A DNA stretch of 64,000 nucleotides from Setoptus koraiensis. Lineage: Eukaryota > Animalia > Arthropoda. Positions 11,290-21,425 of the stretch are shown here, one piece after another. A model generated the notes under the pieces. The model saw nothing but the letters and a program-made list of their open reading frames with translations, had not been told where the DNA came from and did no database searches. The translations under genes were made by a program, and so were the position numbers. Each line of letters opens with the position of its first letter. The first letter of the stretch is position 1. Location: the NCBI GenBank assembly GCA_048013815.1, contig CM106585.1, positions 4,340,001 through 4,404,000 on the forward strand. The letters run 5' to 3'.

Positions 11290-12355
11290 CAATGTGTGTG
11301 TGTGTGTGTTGTGTGTGTTTTTGACAATTTGGCGCCAACAGTGACAGACAATTTATTGTTGCGCAAGTGTTTATATACAGCACCAGTTCACTTGTCACAA
11401 GCTTGTCACTATATTACGATCGCTATTGGGTATTTGCGTATTGCATCAAGTGTAACCTTGTAAAGTGTAGCAACGTCCGCTCAACTCGACCGCGTGTAAC
11501 TCCGCGCACAGTACGTGTTGAACCAAGAGCCGCCGGGTCGCACTGTCAAAATTATCATAACGGAAATTAGTATTTGAGTGCTCGCGTCAGGCATCGGATG
11601 TTGTGTCGTGTTGTTTGCGTTGCACTTGTTGTCGTTGTTGTCGGTGTTGTTGATGTTGTTGTTGTTGTTGTTGCTGCTGTTGTTGTTGTTTATGGGTTCA
11701 CTTGGCCCAAACTGGCCAAGCAGTTATATAGTTGTATGGCTGTTATTATTTAGCGATTATTTCGGCTCAGTTTGTTTCAATCTTTGCACTTTCTTGATTT
11801 AAGCTCGCGCGCACCAACACTTGTTATGCTTGTCATACTCGTTATACTTGTTAGTTGGTCACACTACGACGCCAAGACCGTTATTTGGCGCTGTTCGTCG
11901 ACTTGACTTGACAACTGTGTGCAAATATATTAATATTATTGCGTAACTTTTGTTGTGTGCTAGTGTGCTGTGTCCTGCACATTCCGTCACATGGCGAGCT
12001 TATGCCGACGCTGATGCTGATGATGCAAATAGGCAATGATTCCGACAATGCAAACTGAGCGCCCACATTCGAGCAAATGCTGGCTCTCTCTCTCTCTCTC
12101 TCTCTCTGGCAGTTTGAACACTCAACACTGACGGCCCAACAAACAATCTCGACATCAATCGACGAAACCATATAGTTACGTAAGTCCGACGACGCTACTG
12201 GCTATGGCGCTTGCGCTCTCTCGCTCCCCCGCAGACACACAGGCAATTGGCGCACTGTCGGGACGTTCCTCTCAAAACCTATTTGTGCCAGCTGCCATGC
12301 GCCATTGACCAGTGCCTACCGTGGTCGCGCCCTCAGCGCCCCCCAGCGCCCGCCA

Positions 12356-12444
12356 GCGCGCCAATCCGGAGCGGCTCATCCGAAGCGCCGCAACCCGGAG
12401 CGCCGCAACCCGAAGCGCCCCAATCCGGAGCGCCCCAATCCGAA
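12356..12444. repeat. 15-nt tandem repeat (GCGCCSCAAYCCGRA) x~6
   Basis: Read directly; the unit ends alternate GGA/GAA. Confidence 0.85.
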
Positions 12445-13437
12445 GAGTAAGCCAGCAAATACAGCCAGCCGGCGACAAAAATAAACTCGAGTTTCAATAA
12501 TCGTGACGCAACTCACATTATCATTTGACAGAGCACCCAGTGTCAGCTGACTGACTCTAACGCGAGGCAGAGTGTTTACAATTACGTAAACTAATTGAAC
12601 GTCGCTCGGCTTTTTATTGGCGCAAACAGAGCGAGCCCACATTGCACATTGAAGCAATATCTTTATAATCGCACACACGCACACTTTGTGTCAGACTTCA
12701 CGTAGTCACTTGGACACTTTATTATTTAAATGCTCGATATAATCTCGATGCAAATTTGAGTGCCCAATGCGATTACAACGGCAGTCAGCCAAGTGACAAG
12801 TGGTTCGATTAACCGGCGCCATAATGCTTTCCCGGTTGTTTGCTGTCGACCAATCGCTAAATATCGCCAGCCAGCCAGCCAGTCAGTCAGCCAGTCAGCC
12901 AGTCAGTTAGTCAGTCAGTCATGTGACGGCTGGCTTTCATTGTCGGCTCGAGTTGAATGGGTTCACTTGACACAGCTAACTGTGCAGCAATCCGTTTATA
13001 AGCAATTCTCAACTATATATATATATAGGAATTTTTCCTTTTGCCGTTTGTATTACGTTTGCGGCCAGCGCACTCATTATCATCGTGATCCGAGCCGTGA
13101 GTGCACACCCAGTGTATAACAACGAGCCAGGTTTGCAGGCTCTTTGTGTTCGAATCAAGTGGTTTGTGACAAATACCTATGGTGGGCCCAGAATAATAAG
13201 ATAGCCTGTGCAGTAACGAATGTAGTTAACAACAAAAGCAATCATTGTATAGAAATTATCTTTTCTTCCTTTGCGCCAGTCACTTGATCAACTTTTTTCT
13301 CCACTATGGATTGCACAGTGTGGAATTCCGCGCTTCGCTAGCCGACAGCAGCCACAGCCAACGGGCAATCTATTAATATAAAATTGATTCCGCTGGCCGG
13401 CGCCTTCAATAGCTGGCACGGGGATGCAAGTCGTGCT

Positions 13438-13488
13438 TGATATAAGGCGGTCGCACGAACAAGTGGGTGTTGTGACCGCCTTATATCA
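13438..13488. repeat. 18-bp hairpin (one G-U pair) with a 15-nt loop
   Basis: TGATATAAGGCGGTCGCA ... TGTGACCGCCTTATATCA. Confidence 0.9.
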
Positions 13489-15724
13489 TTATGTCATAGC
13501 CACGAGAGGCAATCAATGTGCCACCATCAAAATATGTGCTGCTACGAGAGCATCGGGAGCTTCGTTTCGCCAGAAATTCTTACCTCGTTGTTGATCACCT
13601 AGCGACCTGTCAACGCGCCACAGAAAATGGTATGCGATTGTGTTGCCATCTAACACAAACCCATTCATTTACTAACAAGCGAGTGGGCCCCATTGTGCAG
13701 TGAGTGCCTCAATGGTCACTCACTGTACTCAAATATACTCACTCGCTCAATACACTAATATGTTATTTATCTATATTCTAATACCAAACAATTGCCAATA
13801 CTCGTTACTCGCGCTTGGGCCGGGCCCATCGTTTGTCTGCGCCGACGACAAACGATGATACGACACTAGAGCACATCATGCAATCGCTCGTTACTAGTAT
13901 TTATGCTTGAGATAAAGGAGCCAAGTTAAGCCTACGTGCTTCCGGTTGATCGATTGGTCGTGTCAATGTTGTTGATCACCGTTTTCTCTCAAACTCTCAA
14001 CTGCTAACATGCAAGGCGTTCACTGTATGCATGCAGTGAACAGTCTATAGATAAACTTGTGACTTTGTGTATCTGTAACGCTAATGCTTACACGCTAACA
14101 GATATGAAAGTGTATGCACGAACTGTATATTTGTTTGCCTTCGTCATGTCAATCTCTACCACTTCATCTTTATTCATGTCGTAGAGCTCCCTTTAAATAT
14201 GCCAACAATTCTAATATATGGACCCCCGTCTCCACTCTCGTCTGGGCAAATTCCTCGAACAACAATAATAATAATCATGTTAATCATAATGATTAATATT
14301 GTGACCTCTTTGTCCGCTGCATCATTGACCATACAACAGATTCGAGCCAACATCCAATTCGTTCAGTAACCATAATCAATCAAACAACTGCTCACAATGA
14401 ATACTACTACCCAATACTCGCTCTGCGATGCTGGCCCGGCAAGTATAGCTCAAGTTGCCAGTTGGGCTACATGCAAAAGACGCAGCCAAATTACGGACAT
14501 ACCGGGTGCAGTAAGAACAGGATCATTCTTGGCTCGCATCACAAGTCTAGATCCATTTCAGTGGGTGACCATTTTCACTATGTCGCGAAACCTGAGGTCC
14601 ACCCCAGCGACTACCAAGCTCAATGCGAGACTCTATGCAGTTGAATTTGTCAGGTAGCCCTTGATCAAATTGTATCATTTATATTTACTAAAGTGATGAA
14701 CTCTAGCCATGCTCGTCTGTTGGGTTGAATTGCGAATACGATCCTATCGGGCACTTTAGTTTACTAGAGAGCAACGAAACAAACAAATCGACCAAAATAA
14801 TCGGCGGACGATGCTCGAATAGGTCAAGCAGACCAACGGATAATCGCGCGCCATCGCATTTTAGATATCGTACGAAAATCGCCGCCGGAACAGTTCAAAA
14901 TACGCGCCCAATTGTGTGCTCTCAACTAGTCAGGGTGCACAGAAATCTTTTCCAGCAATCTGCTCATTTTGTCCACGTGCCCCAAGATATTCTGGGGTAA
15001 TGACTGGTGGCTCAGGGACCAACGAGAGAAAAACCCCCTATAGCGCGGGGTCTTTTGGTGTTTTTACAGTTGAGTGGTTTGCGGAGGGTGACTTTTCGGC
15101 GACCACATTTCAACCTTTGCACGAACATCATCAAATTCTCTGTGGATTTGTGCACAGACTTCACTTTATTTGTTCGCACAACGTTCGCAAGGGCTGCGCT
15201 CGCTGCTTTCGATCGTTTGAACGCCAGTTTGCACACAGTTTAACCAGCAGAGATAGTGTGAACAGGCAAGCACATTCTGCGCTGGTGTATTCAACTTTAT
15301 TGAGACACCTCCTTGAATTGGTTGTGTATTGGTGCGGCGCTGCCAGAGCCCCTGTCGGAAAAGCAAAGAACTATCCCATTGCATGTTGACTAGTGTACAT
15401 TTCTCAGTTGTGAATTGAAAATATTTTTTTAGTTTGATTCAGCCACTCTTGGCGTTCGCATGTGTCATATTCTATTATAATTATTATTGGTAGTATTATT
15501 GCTAAAACTTATAATATTATTACTATTGTATAGTAATACCGATATTGTATATTCTTATTTTCATTAGGTACCTATTATACAGATTTTAACATTATTTTTA
15601 CATGATGACTAGATAAATATCGTCAATAGCAAGAATAGATGCGCCCCCTCTCAATGTGGACATGTATATTCAACCATTCATCGCTTACCTTTGATCTGCC
15701 TACAGTCCATCAACTGACACCATC

Positions 15725-18700
15725 ATGTCCACTAGTGAAAGTGATTCAGAATGTCCTCTGTCATTCACCAACATATTATTTGGTAATATTGGTCTAGACG
15801 GAAAATTGGAAGGCGACTATTTGGATGATGACTCGAAGAAAAATTTGCATGCTTTAAGTACTTTGGCTAATTTAGTAAACGATGAATTGGATCAAGAATT
15901 AAGACAATCATGCACCACTAGTAAAGACGACAATTTTGATGATGATGATGATGATGATGATAACGACAACGACGATAAAGACCACCAAGACAATGACGAC
16001 AAAAAGGAATGCACTAGTGCAACAAAACCATACCACTCTCCTATAGATTTCGACGATGATGATTCTCTAGCGGATGACGAAGACGAAAGCTATACAAAAA
16101 CTAACTTTAGTTATGATAGTAGCGCCCATCAATCCTCCTCTGAGCAACCTTCGGCACAAAGTCACGACCAAGAAAATGTAAATGGTCGCAATAATGAAAC
16201 TAATAAAAATCTATTGGCCAAAAATCAAACTGAGCATATCAATTCGCGAGCAACCAATGATGAACTAAATACTCCATTGGCGGCAATTCTACCTAGCAAA
16301 TATAAGGGTTGTGATGTGACGGAACTATTTCCTGGATTCAAACACAACAAAGTGCTACGCTTCTCCCGCCTTTTTGGTCCTGGAAAGCAATCTAGTCTAC
16401 CACAAATATGGAGTAGTGTCAGATCAAAGACAGTACCGTTTTCCTTGTCGCAACAACAATCATCGAATCAACCAACCTCATCTGTCAATAGTAATAAAGA
16501 AAAAGATAGCAAATCAGAAAGTAAAGAGAAAGATTTACAAGAAGCAAACGGTAATAAAAATAATGAATCTTCGCAAACAACAGTACAACCGTCAGCTGAG
16601 ATTGACCAATCAAAGTACGATCAGTATCTCGATTATGAAGTTGACGATGAAGAGATTTTTCTTCGAGCTACTCAATCAAATGAATGCCATTCAGGTAGCG
16701 ACAAAACTGATCCCAATCGAATCGATAGGAGCGCTGACTGGCGATATGGGCCAGCTCAGTATTGGTATGATTATTACAAAGTGCCAGAGGACACCCCAAC
16801 TTATGATTACGGATTCAAGCCCAAGCCAAAAGAAACAACCACTCATGTAGATGATGATCCGAAGGATCCAGACGACAGTTTTCACATGATTTGCCAGCTT
16901 CAATGGGAAGACGATGTTATCTGGGATGGTCACGATGAAGAGTCCAAAATCTTAGCCAAGATAGGCAAGAAGTGTCATGCTGCCGGCTGGGTTCCTTCAG
17001 CCATGCATAGAAAAGCCTCCGATTTTACACAGCAAGTGTCGAAAACCACTCTTCCTCAAGCGAACACACCAGCGCAGCCCATCGTGCCACCTACGCAAGG
17101 TCGCGGTCGACACTCTGACAAACATAATAAGCAGGTGCAAGAGGAATCCGATAGCACATGGTATTCCATATTTCCTGTGGAAAACGACGAGCTTGTGTAT
17201 GGATCGTGGGAAGATGATGTGATTTGGGATCCCAAAGCAATGCCAAAGATACCAGAGCCAAGGATATTGACACTGGATCAAAATGATGATAATATTGTTT
17301 TAGGTATACCTGATGAGATATTGCATCAGGAAATCGTCATGATGAACCATAAGAAAGCCATGGCTCAAAAAGAGCACAAGGAAAAGAAAGACCAAGTGAA
17401 GAGATCTCGAACCATTCTCAGTAAAGCGGGTATGATCGCCGAAGCCGAGCCGACTTCACCTCCACTCGCGGATTGTTTGGAGAAGCATCCTTGGAATATC
17501 TCAAATGACGAATTTTACAGTTACAAAACAACACCTGATGTTGCTCTCAAACCCAATGTTGGCAACCTAATACAACATTCTACGCCCGCTGTAGAACTGA
17601 GACAACCATTTTTCCCCACTTATCTCAACCTCACTAGACTGCGCCAGTTTCACAGGCGACCTCTCCGCAAATTTCGCAATGGAGAAATCGCGGACTCATC
17701 TCCTCATGGAGTGGAGCCTCTTGTTAAGCATATTAAACGTAGAGCTAAGCAACGCGAGCAAGAGAGATTGGCATCAGGCGGTGGCGAAATGTTTTTTATG
17801 CACACTGCAGAAGATCTCTCTGGTAAAGATGGCGAAATAGTGTTGGCAGAATGTTCTGAAGAGCACCCACCATTGCTCAATCAAATCGGTATGGCAACTA
17901 AAATCAAAAACTATTATCGTCGCAAGTTGGGATCTATGGAAGAACTTGATCCAAATAAATATGCTTACGGTGAACCTGCGCTCATCCATACCAGCCCGTT
18001 TCTTGGTAATCTTCATCCTGGTGAAAGTATTCAAACCTTTGAAAACAACATGTATCGTGCCCCTCTATATCAGCACGTAGTACCTGAAACTGATTTTCTC
18101 GTCATAAGAACTAGAGACAATTACTACATACGAGATGTTGAGACTGTTTTCACAGTAGGACAAGAATTGCCAATAGTTGAAGTGCCAGGACCCAACTCTA
18201 AAAAAGCTAACAACTTCATTAGAGACTTTTTGCAGGTATATATTTACCGACTATTTTGGAAAAGCCAAGATGAACCAAAACGTATCAAAATGGAAGACAT
18301 CAAAAAGGCATTTCCATTACATTCGGAGAGCTCTATACGAAAAAGACTAAAACAATGTGCTGATTTCAAACGTACGGGCATGGACTCGAATTGGTGGGTG
18401 CTGAAAAATCCATCGGAGTTCAGGCTGCCACCTGAAGCTGAAATCAGAGCCATGGTTACGCCCGAGCAATGTTGCGCCTACTATTCTATGTTAGCAGCTG
18501 AACAAAGATTAAAAGATGCTGGTTACGGAGAGAGATCATTGTTTGCACCTGAGGATGAAGATGACGAAGAGTTACAACTCAAAATGGATGACGAAGTGAA
18601 AGCTGCTCCCTGGAATACTACTCGAGCATTTATTTCTGCTATGAAACAAAAATGTCTTTTACAACTTTCAGGTGTTGCCGATCCCACAGGTATTGGAGAA

Positions 18701-20452
18701 GGTTTCTCGTATGTTAGAGTTCCTAACAAGCCACAACTACCACGTGAAGTAGCAGTAAAGGAACCACAGCCTAAAAAGACTGTTACCGGCACAGATGCCG
18801 ATCTTCGTCGTCTTAAACTCAGTACTGCCAAACAAATACTGAGAAAGCACGGAATACCTGAGGAGAACATCAAAAAGTTGGCTCGTTGGGACATTGTTGA
18901 TCTTGTTCGAACTTTGTCTACTAAGCAGGCACGATCTGGCGAAGAGTCGATGAGTAAATTTGCCAGGGGTAACAGATTTAGTATTGCCGAGCATCAAGAA
19001 CGTTACAGGGAGGAGTGTCAGCGCATCTTTGAGCTGCAAAATAAAGTTCTCACTTCTATTGAGGAACTCTCTACTGATGAAGATGAATCGGATGATGAGG
19101 AAGATTCTGATATTGAGGAGATGGGTAAAAACATCGAAAGTATTATTGCCAACAACAAGACTTCTCGTGATCTGTCTTTTGAAAAAGAAGAGGCCGAGAG
19201 GCGTGACTTCTACCAGAACTTTATGCTTAAAGATGAGTCAAAATCAAAAGGTAGCAAGGATGTTGAGGGCAACATGGACGAGTCATCGAATCTGGCCACT
19301 TCTACTGACAAGATACTCAATATACACAGGACTTTTGTCTGTCCAGATGGTACAGAATATAATAGGCTTGAAACGGTACGAAAACCTGGCGTAATAGACA
19401 CTTATGTTCGGATACGGAAGACAAAAGACGCTGATTTTATCAGTCAGTTCGCGACATCGCTTGATGAGCAGCAGCGTGAGGCAAAAAGAAAGGAAAGGCG
19501 TCGTCAACAAGAACAGATGAGGCGTAACAAGAGAAACGAACAACAAAAAGAGCATCAAGTCAAAGGTGTAGGGGGTGAACTGTCTCGCCAGTCTTCCTTT
19601 TACGCCGCAAACGACTCAGCACCCATGTCACCTCAGTCATTTACTGCATCTAGGTCACCTTCACTGTTTCTTGATACCAAATCACCTCCTGAGATATCTA
19701 TCAGTCCTGACGACAGTAGTCAGCCTGAGGTTCGCCGACGCAAGGAAAAGGACGGTTCGAAGCTACGTTGTGGAGCCTGCGGCGGTATAGGCCATATGAA
19801 GAACAATCGATCTTGCCCCAATCATAAAGCACCAATACAAGTTGCCATCACACAGGAACAACTCGAAGAAGAGGAAAGAACCCAGTTCCGTGAAAGTAAT
19901 CTAGTGAAAGTTGATGAAACTAAATTAGTTTTTAATAAAAAACTTTTCGATCAAGTTGAGGAAAACAGAAAGCGAGCACTTGTGCTCAAAGTTCCCAAGG
20001 AATGTCTGAAAAGGCGCCGAACTCAGCACACCGAACACTGTGATTATCTCCAGAAACCAGAGTACAAGCAAACCAACAGGCGACCAACTGACCCACTTGT
20101 GGCTATGTCTGTCATCTTTGAGGACGTACTAAAAGAGTTACGAGAGGCACCCAACACCCAACCATTTTGGTCTGCGGTCAATCCAAAATTGGTTCCTGAT
20201 TACTACAATGTTATAAAAAATCCGATAGACATACAAAAGATTAGGAAGAGATGTCAGGAGAAATACTACACTAGCAGAGAAGAATTTTCCAAGGATGTCA
20301 AGCAAATGTTGACAAATTCAGAGATGTATAATGGAGTTAGTCATCAGTACACAACCACTGCCCGTCAAATGGTAGAATTGTGTGAGCGACGCCTCTCTGA
20401 GAGATGCGATAAAGTAGAGGCATTAGAAAAGGCGATAAATGATAATGATTGA
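15725..20452 (+). CDS. TAF1: Transcription initiation factor TFIID subunit 1, intronless, 1575 aa, single bromodomain
   Basis: N-terminal TAND-like FTNILFGNIG..GKLEGDYLD; core motifs PWNISNDEFY, ECSEEHPPLLNQIGMATKIKNYYRRK, ESSIRKRLKQCADFKRTGMDSNWWVLK and APWNTTRAFI; zinc knuckle CGACGGIGHMKNNRSCP; bromodomain PFWSAVNPKLVPDYYNVIKNPID...NSEMYNG. Confidence 0.97.
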   Translation: MSTSESDSECPLSFTNILFGNIGLDGKLEGDYLDDDSKKNLHALSTLANLVNDELDQELRQSCTTSKDDNFDDDDDDDDNDNDDKDHQDNDDKKECTSATKPYHSPIDFDDDDSLADDEDESYTKTNFSYDSSAHQSSSEQPSAQSHDQENVNGRNNETNKNLLAKNQTEHINSRATNDELNTPLAAILPSKYKGCDVTELFPGFKHNKVLRFSRLFGPGKQSSLPQIWSSVRSKTVPFSLSQQQSSNQPTSSVNSNKEKDSKSESKEKDLQEANGNKNNESSQTTVQPSAEIDQSKYDQYLDYEVDDEEIFLRATQSNECHSGSDKTDPNRIDRSADWRYGPAQYWYDYYKVPEDTPTYDYGFKPKPKETTTHVDDDPKDPDDSFHMICQLQWEDDVIWDGHDEESKILAKIGKKCHAAGWVPSAMHRKASDFTQQVSKTTLPQANTPAQPIVPPTQGRGRHSDKHNKQVQEESDSTWYSIFPVENDELVYGSWEDDVIWDPKAMPKIPEPRILTLDQNDDNIVLGIPDEILHQEIVMMNHKKAMAQKEHKEKKDQVKRSRTILSKAGMIAEAEPTSPPLADCLEKHPWNISNDEFYSYKTTPDVALKPNVGNLIQHSTPAVELRQPFFPTYLNLTRLRQFHRRPLRKFRNGEIADSSPHGVEPLVKHIKRRAKQREQERLASGGGEMFFMHTAEDLSGKDGEIVLAECSEEHPPLLNQIGMATKIKNYYRRKLGSMEELDPNKYAYGEPALIHTSPFLGNLHPGESIQTFENNMYRAPLYQHVVPETDFLVIRTRDNYYIRDVETVFTVGQELPIVEVPGPNSKKANNFIRDFLQVYIYRLFWKSQDEPKRIKMEDIKKAFPLHSESSIRKRLKQCADFKRTGMDSNWWVLKNPSEFRLPPEAEIRAMVTPEQCCAYYSMLAAEQRLKDAGYGERSLFAPEDEDDEELQLKMDDEVKAAPWNTTRAFISAMKQKCLLQLSGVADPTGIGEGFSYVRVPNKPQLPREVAVKEPQPKKTVTGTDADLRRLKLSTAKQILRKHGIPEENIKKLARWDIVDLVRTLSTKQARSGEESMSKFARGNRFSIAEHQERYREECQRIFELQNKVLTSIEELSTDEDESDDEEDSDIEEMGKNIESIIANNKTSRDLSFEKEEAERRDFYQNFMLKDESKSKGSKDVEGNMDESSNLATSTDKILNIHRTFVCPDGTEYNRLETVRKPGVIDTYVRIRKTKDADFISQFATSLDEQQREAKRKERRRQQEQMRRNKRNEQQKEHQVKGVGGELSRQSSFYAANDSAPMSPQSFTASRSPSLFLDTKSPPEISISPDDSSQPEVRRRKEKDGSKLRCGACGGIGHMKNNRSCPNHKAPIQVAITQEQLEEEERTQFRESNLVKVDETKLVFNKKLFDQVEENRKRALVLKVPKECLKRRRTQHTEHCDYLQKPEYKQTNRRPTDPLVAMSVIFEDVLKELREAPNTQPFWSAVNPKLVPDYYNVIKNPIDIQKIRKRCQEKYYTSREEFSKDVKQMLTNSEMYNGVSHQYTTTARQMVELCERRLSERCDKVEALEKAINDND

Positions 20453-20483
20453 TTATCCTATGTACAGATATTGTAGATCTTTA

Positions 20484-21425
20484 TTAGATTTGTGTCTGAT
20501 TAAACCTAGGTGTTTCCTCCCAAAGTTTGAGACTGTGCAATCTATCAATCATTTGCTTGTCGTATGCAGGTGAACTAACTACAATACTTTTGAGGATCTC
20601 TTTCAACTCGTCGCGTCTCATTGTTAACTCCTGTATTTGGTTGAGCAATTTCTTTTTCAATTCCCTCTGACGCATCTCTTCTCTCTGAAGTTCCACGTTT
20701 CTTTCGTGTGTTGTGAGCTTTCTTGATGCTGAATTTTTGTTTCGCTTGTGCACTCCCGTCGATTTAAATTCACCGTTTGTCGAAGAAGTTTTCCTAATCG
20801 ATTTATTGGATGTTGATGTACCATTATGACTGGGTGCCACGGAGGACGGTGGTGAACCACTATAACTGGGTGCTGCGGAGGATGGTGATGTACCACTGTA
20901 ACTGGGCGCCACGGAGGATGGTGATGTACCACTGTAATTCGGTGTTACGCAAGAAGGTGATGCATTGTTCGTGTCGATGTTGTTAAAATTAACTTGTCCG
21001 TTGACTGCTTGCACATGATAATCAGGTTGCTGATATTGGCAGAACTGGGGCTGTTGGTGATGTTGATTCTGTCGATGTTGATGCTGTTGATGTTGTTGAT
21101 GTTGTTGATGTGGTTGTTGATGTAGTTGTTGTTGTTGATGCAATTGTTGTTGCTGTAGTTGTGGTTGTTGATGAGGTTGAGGTTGTGGTTGTTGCGGTTG
21201 CTGTTGGTATTGGTATTGCTGTTGTTGTTGCTGTTGTTGTTGCTGTTGTTGTTGTTGATGATCAACGTAACACAGGTTGTCATTGAAAGAGTAGATGGAC
21301 TTTGGATAGTCTTGTTCATAATCCAAAACCATTGTGATCACATTTGGAGTGTTAAGAGTATCATCATAGTTCGACATGAGGTTATTGTCGATATTGAGTA
21401 GAGGTGGTTTCGTTCTAGGTGACAT
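20484..21425 (-). CDS. Orphan Q/H-rich protein, 313 aa, with S/P-rich 12-aa repeats and a C-terminal bZIP-like coiled coil; paralogue of 32561-33085
   Basis: ATG-initiated ORF. The last 81 aligned residues are 37/81 identical and ungapped to the ORF at 32561. AATAAA overlaps the stop codon. Confidence 0.8.
   Translation of the reverse strand: MSPRTKPPLLNIDNNLMSNYDDTLNTPNVITMVLDYEQDYPKSIYSFNDNLCYVDHQQQQQQQQQQQQQQYQYQQQPQQPQPQPHQQPQLQQQQLHQQQQLHQQPHQQHQQHQQHQHRQNQHHQQPQFCQYQQPDYHVQAVNGQVNFNNIDTNNASPSCVTPNYSGTSPSSVAPSYSGTSPSSAAPSYSGSPPSSVAPSHNGTSTSNKSIRKTSSTNGEFKSTGVHKRNKNSASRKLTTHERNVELQREEMRQRELKKKLLNQIQELTMRRDELKEILKSIVVSSPAYDKQMIDRLHSLKLWEETPRFNQTQI

Larger units (their letters stand above)
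1..14041. other. GC-rich, gene-poor domain dense in short tandem duplications (10-22 nt units) and perfect or near-perfect inverted repeats
   Basis: More than 15 local arrays (e.g. 2417-2459, 3069-3197, 7047-7094, 8201-8260, 10082-10149, 10609-10660, 11227-11289, 12356-12444). At least 8 hairpins or palindromes (2107-2136, 2328-2375, 4526-4562, 4729-4746, 6950-6971, 8894-8930, 13438-13488, 14018-14041). No ORF here has a recognisable domain. Confidence 0.85.

Noticed and set aside
2107-13488. Repeat-spacer or hairpin arrays as CRISPR
   Set aside because: No constant repeat with unique spacers, no cas genes, and a eukaryotic context.
16374-19790. ORFs nested in or antisense to TAF1
   Set aside because: Alternative-frame shadows of a long CDS; the same applies to those inside HMBS, CYFIP, MID1IP1 and the BTB genes.
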